64,000 nucleotides of DNA from Bacteroidales bacterium (GTDB taxonomy: Bacteria > Bacteroidota > Bacteroidia > Bacteroidales > UBA932): NCBI GenBank assembly GCA_020026355.1, contig JAHHQP010000005.1, positions 2,919 through 66,918 on the forward strand, read 5' to 3'. Every line of letters starts with the position of its first letter. Positions within the stretch are counted from its first letter, which is position 1. Shown here piece by piece: positions 1-7,010 of this stretch. The position numbers were made by a program, and so were the translations under genes. A model generated the notes under the pieces. The model saw only the letters and a list, made by a program, of their open reading frames with translations, did not search any database and was not told where the DNA came from.

Positions 1-919
1 CATAGGTATCAAAGGTAAGATGAATCAGATTCCCCAGATAATTTCCGAATCCTTCACAGAAGGCATTTACGAGAAAATTGGTCGGTCCTGCAAAAAGCAC
101 GAAAAGCAAAAGCAGACATGCCAGCAGAAGATTCAGATCACTCAACCTTTTGACGCCTTTATTCATTCCGAGCAGGGCAGATGTGATGGCCATTGAAGTG
201 ACGATGATCACGATGATTGCTTGTGTTTTAAAAGTGGAATTCTCAATCCATCCCATGGATTCTAATCCGGAACAGAGTTGGAGCGCCCCTATTCCTAGAG
301 AAGTGGAGATGCTGAAGAAGGTGCAGCACAAAGCGAATATGTCTACAATGGCTCCGATCGGTCCGTTGATTTTATCTTTCAGTATAGGATACAATCCGCT
401 TCGGACAGAAAGGGGAAGGTTGTATCTGAATGAAAAATAGGAGAGGATGAGTCCCATCACGGCATAAATTGTCCATGCATGAAACCCCCAGTGGAAAAAA
501 GTGTTCAGTTGTGCTTCTTTGGCCAGTTCCTGTGTGTCGGCCAGGGCCGGGTTCGCATAGTGAGCCATCGGTTCACCTATACCATAGAACATCAGGCCGA
601 TTCCCATTCCTGCGGCAAAGAGCATGGCTATCCATGAGAATGTACTGTATTGTGGTTTTGAATTGTCCTGTCCTAATTTGATGTTTCCAACTTTGCTGAA
701 GGTGAGGAAACAGACGAATCCGAAAAATAAAATGCACAATAGAATGTACATCCAGCTGAGATGAGAAAATATAAAGTCTCGGCTGGTATTCATCACGATT
801 TCGGTTTTTGAGGGAAAGAGGCCCGCCAGAATGGTAATCAGCAATAATGTGACAATTCCAGGAATGCCGACGGATTTTGTAAATGTGCTGTTTTTCTTGA
901 GTTTTTCGATCAATTTCAT
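1..919 (-). CDS. BCCT family (betaine/carnitine/choline-type) transporter, N-terminal ~306 codons; the 3' end lies beyond the window start
   Basis: Absent from the ORF track because there is no in-window stop. Hand translation of the reverse strand from the ATG (complement of 917-919) gives MKLIEKLKKNSTFTKSVGIPGIV...FSWIAMLFAAGMGIGLMFYGIGEPMAHY...FHWGFHAWTIYAVMGLILSYFSFRYNLPLSVRSGLYP..., open to position 1. It is polytopic and hydrophobic with BCCT-like motifs. Confidence 0.8.
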   Translation of the reverse strand, partial: MKLIEKLKKNSTFTKSVGIPGIVTLLLITILAGLFPSKTEIVMNTSRDFIFSHLSWMYILLCILFFGFVCFLTFSKVGNIKLGQDNSKPQYSTFSWIAMLFAAGMGIGLMFYGIGEPMAHYANPALADTQELAKEAQLNTFFHWGFHAWTIYAVMGLILSYFSFRYNLPLSVRSGLYPILKDKINGPIGAIVDIFALCCTFFSISTSLGIGALQLCSGLESMGWIENSTFKTQAIIVIIVTSMAITSALLGMNKGVKRLSDLNLLLACLLLLFVLFAGPTNFLVNAFCEGFGNYLGNLIHLTFDTY

Positions 920-1335
920 GTACTGTAATTTTTTTCAGGTTTATCTCTGTTTCTGTTCTGTTTTTGCATCCAGACTGGAGAACAGGACAGAATGGTGGAA
1001 ATTCATTGTCCGCATGAAGACAGAGTCTGATTTCAAAGGTATATCAGTTGTGTATCTTTGCTGTCTGGTCAATCGGATCCAGGAAGACATAAAAATCTTT
1101 CAATATAGCAAATAAATCGATATAATCCAAATCTGCTGTGAAATGGCGATTTCTGTGCAGTTTACTATGGGCGACATTGGTTTACGTCGCAAGGAATATG
1201 AATCCGATCGATGATGATTCTTATCTTTAGTCAATTCTTGTACAAGGGAAGAATGTTTGAGTGTTCAAGGATCAGCAAATTGACGTCCGGAGCGAAATTA
1301 TTTTCAATTTTCGCTTTCATTTCAAGAAAAAGTTG

Positions 1336-1343
1336 TATATTTG
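1336..1343 (+). promoter_or_regulatory. Bacteroidota-type -7 promoter box TATATTTG (TAnnTTTG) for tRNA-Ser
   Basis: Exact TAnnTTTG match about 35 nt upstream of the tRNA. It is embedded in a 23-nt block (1327-1349) identical to 15500-15522 upstream of tRNA-Arg. Confidence 0.6.
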
Positions 1344-1377
1344 CAATCCTCAAACGAGAAATCGCTGAAGAGATACT

Positions 1378-1465
1378 GGAGAGGTGCTCGAGTGGTTGAA
1401 GAGGCACGCCTGGAAAGCGTGTATACCCCTAAAGGGTATCACGGGTTCGAATCCCGTTCTCTCCG
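1378..1465 (+). tRNA. tRNA-Ser (anticodon GGA), class II with long variable arm
   Basis: GGAGAGG acceptor stem pairs with TCTCTCC. The anticodon loop is CTGGAAA, the long variable arm is TATACCCCTAAAGGGTATC, and the T-arm is ACGGGTTCGAATCCCGT. Confidence 0.9.
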
Positions 1466-1476
1466 CAAAATCTGCA

Positions 1477-1505
1477 AGCCTGGAACCATGTTCCGGGCTT
1501 TTTTC
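1477..1505 (+). terminator. Rho-independent terminator after tRNA-Ser
   Basis: Hairpin AGCCTGGAA/TTCCGGGCT followed by a T-run. Confidence 0.6.
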
Positions 1506-1586
1506 ATTTCTGTTTCCCTGTTCTGAGGAATTTGTTTAAATTCGCATCATTACATTTACTTATTCAATGCAAAAGCAGTTTGTATC

Positions 1587-2054
1587 ATGGATCATCGATT
1601 AAAAGAAGAAAAATACAGGCAGCTTCTTCCGCAGCTGGCTTCCGTCATCCAGGCCGAGTCTGACAGCATCGCGAACATGGCCAATATTTCCGCTTGTCTG
1701 AAGGAGACCTTCGATTTCTGGTGGGTGGGCTTCTATCGTGTGCTTGCACACGGAGACTCGAAAGAACTGGTCCTCGGTCCTTTCCAGGGTCCATTGGCCT
1801 GTACTAGGATTAAATATGGGAGGGGAGTCTGCGGTACGGCGTGGAAAGAGCGCAGGACGGTCATTGTACCGGATGTGGAGCTGTTTCCGGGGCATATCGC
1901 CTGCAGCAGCGCCTCTCGCTCGGAGATTGTCGTGCCGATTCTGCAGGAGGATGAGGTAGTCGCTGTACTTGACATTGACAGCCGTTTCCTCAATACTTTC
2001 GATGAGGTGGACCGTCTTTATCTTGAAAAGCTCGCGGGCATGATCCGTCTTTGA
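1587..2054 (+). CDS. msrC: GAF domain protein, free methionine-(R)-sulfoxide reductase type
   Basis: 155-aa ORF with FWWVGFY...LVLGPFQG..ACTRI.YGRGVCGTAW....VIVPDV..FPGHIACSS.S.SEIVVPI, typical of the MsrC/YebR family. Confidence 0.8.
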   Translation: MDHRLKEEKYRQLLPQLASVIQAESDSIANMANISACLKETFDFWWVGFYRVLAHGDSKELVLGPFQGPLACTRIKYGRGVCGTAWKERRTVIVPDVELFPGHIACSSASRSEIVVPILQEDEVVAVLDIDSRFLNTFDEVDRLYLEKLAGMIRL

Positions 2055-2107
2055 TTCCGGAACCCACCGGAGCCCGGATCTCAAATATCGGTTTCCTGAT
2101 CGCTCGG

Positions 2108-3205
2108 CTAGTTCAGGCCCATCATGAGGAAACCAGCCGCAAGAGCGATGATACAGTTGATCAGTTTGGCCTTCAGATAGCCACGTTTGCTTTCCGCCAG
2201 AAGCGGGAGGGAGGCGTGGCCATCTTGTGAGATGCTGCTGGCCAGCAGGACGGAAAACGGTACGACTCCGGAGGCATAGAGGGTGACGAAGATCATGTGC
2301 GGACCGGACTCAGGAATCAGACCGATAAGTGTGGCTAGAATGATCATCAGCGCGACATTGTCACTGATCCAGTGGCTGATGTCGATGCAGCGCATGCCTA
2401 AGCCCAGGAAAAGCAGCACTCCGAAGGTCCAGGCGAAGATGGATGGCAGATGTTTGCAGATGACGTGGTGCCAGATATGTTCATTGATGAAATGGTCGGA
2501 GGAAAAGCAGAGGACGATGAGCAGGATGAGGCTCAGGATTCCGAAGAGAATGTGCATCCCGTCTTCATTGAGCAGGGCATTCAGACTGTGATGATGGGCC
2601 AGTTCCGTATGCTCATGACCGGTGATTCCTATGAGGAGCGCACCGATGAACAGCACCAGGCCGAGGAGCAGCACGATTCTTTTCCAGCCCCAGCTGATCT
2701 TTTTCTTGTGGACATGTCCATGGGATTCTTCTTCTTGTCCGTCTTCTTCGTGGGAGTGGACGACATAGCCGATATCATTCCTGATGCCGTCGACGAGATC
2801 GGTCGGGCGTTTCCTGCGGCTGTCGAAGAGATCGATCAGATAACCGGTGACCGTAGCGATGACCAGAAGCAGGGCGAACAGCACGACGGCGTCTTTCGGG
2901 ATGAGGGCAAGCATCATGAAGGCTTCATCTCCTGAGGAGGCGATCATCATGGCCACCAGGGCTCCGAAGCTGATGAGATGGTGGGTATACAGGGAGACAA
3001 CGGCAAAGCCTCCCATGCAGCCCGGAATGCTTCCCAGCAGAGCGGATACCAGCACTTGACCTAGCCGGGTCCTGCGGAGACCTCGGAAAAGCAGACCTTT
3101 GGATTCGATGTTCAGCGATTCGATCATCATCATCATCACGATGACCAGACCGGTAATCAATATGGAATGACGTAGGGCGTCCAGTATGATGTGCAGGATT
3201 TCCAT
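2108..3205 (-). CDS. Polytopic membrane protein, ArsP_2/DUF2899-like putative metal permease
   Basis: 365 aa with about 10 hydrophobic helices. The N-terminus ILDALRHSILITGLVIVMMMMIE and the His/Glu-rich central loop HSHEEDGQEEESHGHVH resemble putative Mn/heavy-metal exporters of Bacteroidales. Family assignment is from memory. Confidence 0.6.
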   Translation of the reverse strand: MEILHIILDALRHSILITGLVIVMMMMIESLNIESKGLLFRGLRRTRLGQVLVSALLGSIPGCMGGFAVVSLYTHHLISFGALVAMMIASSGDEAFMMLALIPKDAVVLFALLLVIATVTGYLIDLFDSRRKRPTDLVDGIRNDIGYVVHSHEEDGQEEESHGHVHKKKISWGWKRIVLLLGLVLFIGALLIGITGHEHTELAHHHSLNALLNEDGMHILFGILSLILLIVLCFSSDHFINEHIWHHVICKHLPSIFAWTFGVLLFLGLGMRCIDISHWISDNVALMIILATLIGLIPESGPHMIFVTLYASGVVPFSVLLASSISQDGHASLPLLAESKRGYLKAKLINCIIALAAGFLMMGLN

Positions 3206-3220
3206 GTGCGGCAGAAGGGT

Positions 3221-4336
3221 TTAGTAGACAACGGAACCGGTGACGAAGAGGTTCACATACGGTCTGGAAGGGGAGTTGGTGGTCAGAGTGACGAGTGCCA
3301 GGTAATCACCTTGCGGTACGCAGCAGGTATCGAATTCCAGTTTCAGGAGGAATTCCTGGCCGGGCTTCAGGTCAGGAACCTCGTTGTGGCTCATCCCGTC
3401 GATATCGGAATCTACCTTGTGGAAAATGAGCGGACGGCCTCCTTGGTTACTCAGGATGAAGCTGGCGCGGATCGGCTGGCCTTTCTTGATGACTCCGAAA
3501 TCGTAGGAACTCATCTCTACTTCCGGGAGCGGGGCTTCTGCGAGGTCCTTGCGGGTGGCGTTGCTGAAATCTTCGATGGTGAAGGCGGTGAAGATCAAAT
3601 CACGGTCTCCATTGGAACCGCTCCGCACTTTATCATTGACCTTGACGGTAGCATGATACTCGTTGTTTCCCCAGAGTTCTGGGGAGGAGGTAATGCAGAA
3701 GTGCAGTCTCGCCGTACTCCTTGCCGGAATAGGGTTTGGCTGCACTTTCACTTCCAGATGGTCTGAGACGTTCTCGAAACTGATCCGGATCGGCCGGTCG
3801 GACAGGTTCGCGACCATCTCCGAATTGCTTCTCATCTGTCCTTGGCTCATGTTCCCGCACCTGATGGAATTCTTTTCCAAGGCCAATGGACCGAAGCTCA
3901 GGGGATAGAGCTCTTCAAGGCTGTACTGCTTTTCGTGCGTGTTGCCTTTGATGCGCAGGACGACGGGGCGTTTCACCTCCGAAACATAGGCGGTCACGCT
4001 CTTGCTGAAAGAGTAGGCCCCTTCATCATTGGTATAGGTGACGGTAATCTTTCCTTTTTCTCCCGGTCTTATCGGATTCCGGGTCCACTTCGCTTCCGTG
4101 CAGCCGCAGGAGGTCACTACATTGTAGATCACGATCGGTTTCTTGCTGCCGTTGGTGACGGTAAAGACACAGGAGACCGCTCCGTCGCTCATCAGGATGT
4201 CCCCGAAATTGTGGACATTCTTGTTGATGACGATTCCGTTTCCCAGATTGATTTCCTGGGCCTGGATCGTCCAGGAGGCATTCAGGAACAGACCGGAAAG
4301 CAAGGCTATCAGGTATGTCAGAATTTTTTTCATCAT
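3221..4336 (-). CDS. DUF1573 domain-containing secreted protein (three repeats)
   Basis: Signal peptide MMKKILTYLIALLSGLF. Repeated modules (HNFGDI......C.F..TN.G..P..I..V.TSCGCT) are typical of DUF1573. It lies 15 nt upstream of the permease gene on the same strand. Confidence 0.8.
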   Translation of the reverse strand: MMKKILTYLIALLSGLFLNASWTIQAQEINLGNGIVINKNVHNFGDILMSDGAVSCVFTVTNGSKKPIVIYNVVTSCGCTEAKWTRNPIRPGEKGKITVTYTNDEGAYSFSKSVTAYVSEVKRPVVLRIKGNTHEKQYSLEELYPLSFGPLALEKNSIRCGNMSQGQMRSNSEMVANLSDRPIRISFENVSDHLEVKVQPNPIPARSTARLHFCITSSPELWGNNEYHATVKVNDKVRSGSNGDRDLIFTAFTIEDFSNATRKDLAEAPLPEVEMSSYDFGVIKKGQPIRASFILSNQGGRPLIFHKVDSDIDGMSHNEVPDLKPGQEFLLKLEFDTCCVPQGDYLALVTLTTNSPSRPYVNLFVTGSVVY

Positions 4337-4471
4337 TGTCGTTTTCTAATGCAAACGGGTGTGATTCATCTTTCTCATGAAAGACCGGTTTGCGGCCTAT
4401 ATGTTCACAAAGATAGTATATTTTTGTGAACATACAGGTATCCTTGAGGGGACCTTGGGAAGGTTTTGCAG

Positions 4472-5380
4472 TCAAGCCCTCTTCAGATGCTTCGGCTTTA
4501 CCTTCAAGGTGTCGAAACCTTCACCGAACACACCGATTACAGCGCTCTGCGACACGAAAGCCTTCGGGTCGATCTCATGGATGATCCTGAAGATTGTATT
4601 TGATTGACTTCCTTTAGCCAGAACAAACATCATCTTCTGCTGGTTACCAGTATACAGACCCTGAGCGTCAATCACTGTCACCCCCCTGTGCAGCGCATTG
4701 ATCTCACGACCGATTTCTTCATACTTCTGCGAAATGATGAAGAATTGTACAGATGAACGAGAAAAACTCATGATCTTGTCAATCACGAAGCTGACCACGT
4801 AAAGAGTGACATAGCCATAGACGACCTGTCCCCAATCTTTCAGCACGAAGTAGCTGCAAGTGACGATCGTCATGTTCAGAATCATGATGATACGGCCGAG
4901 AGAGACATCATGGTATTTGTTGATGATCGCAGCGATGATATCCGTTCCGCCTGAACTGCCGTTTGCAGAAAAAGCGATACCGATACCGCAACCGCATAGG
5001 GTGGCACCCAGTACGCAGGACATGAACACTTCATCCTTGACAAAGGATACTCCTTCGAAAAGCTGCGGAATGACCAGAAGGAAAAAGGTCAGCGTGAAAA
5101 CCGCGAAGATGGTCTTGATGCTGAATTTCCAGCCGAGAATCTTTACCGAAAGAATGAGAAGAATGAAGTTGATGCAGAAATAGGTTATCTGGATCGGGAG
5201 GCCGGTCGCCCAATATACGATGGATGCGATACCCGGCAGTCCACCGACCGTGATCTTGTTAGGAAGGAGAAAAAGCGTCCATCCGATTCCATAGAGTATC
5301 ATGCCCATGGCAATCATGAGATAATCTTTACATTCATGCAACACCTCATTCTTTGAAGGTCTTGAAATTTTCTTCATCAT
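4472..5380 (-). CDS. YitT family membrane protein (DUF161 + DUF2179)
   Basis: The ORF track gives 4472..5464. I prefer the ATG at 5380 (MMKKISRP...). Motifs seen are GGLPGIASIVYW, GGTDIIAAIINKY, and C-terminal GVTVIDAQGLYTG...IDPKAFVSQSAVIGVFGEGF. Confidence 0.8.
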   Translation of the reverse strand: MMKKISRPSKNEVLHECKDYLMIAMGMILYGIGWTLFLLPNKITVGGLPGIASIVYWATGLPIQITYFCINFILLILSVKILGWKFSIKTIFAVFTLTFFLLVIPQLFEGVSFVKDEVFMSCVLGATLCGCGIGIAFSANGSSGGTDIIAAIINKYHDVSLGRIIMILNMTIVTCSYFVLKDWGQVVYGYVTLYVVSFVIDKIMSFSRSSVQFFIISQKYEEIGREINALHRGVTVIDAQGLYTGNQQKMMFVLAKGSQSNTIFRIIHEIDPKAFVSQSAVIGVFGEGFDTLKVKPKHLKRA

Positions 5381-5669
5381 TTCTATAGTTTTTAAGCGCG
5401 TAAATATATTAAAATTATGAACTACATATCCTTCTGCAGTGAAAATTGACCTTGAAAACCGCATTATATACCATTGCTATGGATTTTCAACGAACCGATT
5501 CTCCACGCTGCAGACTCTTCCTGCTTTTTCACATGATTCTCAGTGTCATTTGCATAATACATTAATTTTTAGTATATTATCGTCCTGCGAGATCTGCAGG
5601 ACGAGGTTCTCTCGGTTCAAGAGGATCTCTTTATCTTGAATAATCACATAAAAGCATGAGGAGAGGAAT

Positions 5670-6584
5670 ATGACAAGAAAAGAATTGTACAACATCAAAC
5701 CGTTCATCAGGACTGAATCACTTACCTTCGAGGAGAAGTATGGATTAAGTAAAACAGAAAGAAGAGAGTTGGAAACCGATCGGCTGGTCGAACTGGCGAA
5801 GGCGACAGGTTCTTATATTCCATACTCCGAGAAAGACAAGCTGGGAGTCAGGAATTTTCGCATGACAGAGGAGAGTGTCGTTCTTTTGAATCCTGAGAAA
5901 CAGCATGTATATAAGCTCAAGGATCCTTATGCAAAATGCGACCGGAAGAACATTGAACCGGAAGACGTGATCTATGAGCACTATATTCATAATCTGCTTT
6001 TCCCAGAGACTTCGTACAACCTTGTAGGAATCACAATGTCCGGAAGACAGCTGCGCCTGATTCTCCGGCAGGATTTCGTGGAATCGATCAGGCGTCCTAC
6101 CCATAGTCAGATCAGGAAAGCGCTGAGAGGTAGAGGGCTGAAGCCGGAAGGGAATGGCATCTATGGCAATGATCATGTGAGCGTCACGGATGTCAATGGA
6201 GATAATGCGTTGTTAGGAGAGAATGGTAAGGTGTATTTCATAGACCCTACGATAAGTTGCAAGAAGCCAATGAAACAGGTTATCATGCATCTTGTGTATT
6301 GCCATGTCCCTGAGCAGAAAGCGGTCAAGCCGCAAACGTTTTCCGCAAGAGCCAGGGAATACCTGAGCGTGAAGCGCAAGCTCATGAAGATGCCGAAGAC
6401 AGACATGGAACAGGTCATCATGGATGATGGAAGCAAGACGACTGCGGCGAGCTGGCTCGAGACGCAGTCGACTGTCACTCGTATGGTACATGAATGTGCC
6501 ATACATAAATGCCTGGATAAAGGAATCCCTCTCCATGCGATGAATATTCAGTTCGTCGCCAGGGAATTGACGGCTTGGCTTTAA
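5670..6584 (+). CDS. Hypothetical protein with a possible protein-kinase-like (APH/ChoK-like) fold
   Basis: 304-aa ORF preceded by a canonical SD (AGGAG at 5659-5663). The motif VTDVNGDNALLGENGKVYFIDP resembles a catalytic loop (D....N) plus a DFG-like IDP. No other family was recognised. Confidence 0.55.
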   Translation: MTRKELYNIKPFIRTESLTFEEKYGLSKTERRELETDRLVELAKATGSYIPYSEKDKLGVRNFRMTEESVVLLNPEKQHVYKLKDPYAKCDRKNIEPEDVIYEHYIHNLLFPETSYNLVGITMSGRQLRLILRQDFVESIRRPTHSQIRKALRGRGLKPEGNGIYGNDHVSVTDVNGDNALLGENGKVYFIDPTISCKKPMKQVIMHLVYCHVPEQKAVKPQTFSARAREYLSVKRKLMKMPKTDMEQVIMDDGSKTTAASWLETQSTVTRMVHECAIHKCLDKGIPLHAMNIQFVARELTAWL

Positions 6585-6735
6585 ACAAATGTGTTCTTGC
6601 ATTGAAGTGCGGCTATATGCTCGAAAACTGTAGGATAGAATCTTTGATATTTCAATTCTTTGCTATAATTTTGCAGTTTATACTCCAGTGATGGAGAAAC
6701 GCTTACTTACTTTACATATTAAATAATTACACAAA

Positions 6736-6906
6736 ATGGCTTACAAAATTTCAGAAGATTGTGTAGCATGTGGAACTTGCGCAGGCGAGTGCCCTACAGG
6801 TGCTATCTCAGAGGGTGACATCTATAAGATCGATCCTGACGTATGTGTTGATTGCGGAACTTGCGCTGATGCTTGCCCGATGGGTGCAATTCATCCGGCA
6901 GAGTAA
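6736..6906 (+). CDS. 2x[4Fe-4S] ferredoxin (56 aa)
   Basis: Below the ORF-track size cutoff. Hand translation gives MAYKISEDCVACGTCAGECPTGAISEGDIYKIDPDVCVDCGTCADACPMGAIHPAE, with two CxxCxxCxxxCP clusters. A TAATTTTG -7 box lies upstream. Confidence 0.85.
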   Translation: MAYKISEDCVACGTCAGECPTGAISEGDIYKIDPDVCVDCGTCADACPMGAIHPAE

Positions 6907-6933
6907 TCTTCACAGGCTGTAAGAGAAAAATGG

Positions 6934-6999
6934 AAAATGCCCCGGCTGTCATCATGACGGTCGGGGCATTTTCATATCCGGACGGGATTCCGTCCGGAT
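6934..6999. terminator. Two hairpins between convergent genes (ferredoxin / M16 peptidase)
   Basis: AAAATGCCCCG...CGGGGCATTTT (6934-6972) and ATCCGGACGG gatt CCGTCCGGAT (6976-6999). Confidence 0.6.
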
Positions 7000-7010
7000 T
7001 CAATGTTCTG

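Noticed and set aside
920-1335. Possible riboswitch or leader upstream of the BCCT transporter gene
   Set aside because: I found only a plausible -7 box (complement of 1036-1043, TACCTTTG) and a weak 7-bp hairpin. No structure matches a riboswitch class I know, so the evidence is insufficient.
1211-1526. Short plus-strand ORFs 1211..1399 and 1341..1526
   Set aside because: They overlap the tRNA-Ser gene, its promoter and its terminator. Likewise, 15440..15625 (minus) overlaps tRNA-Arg.
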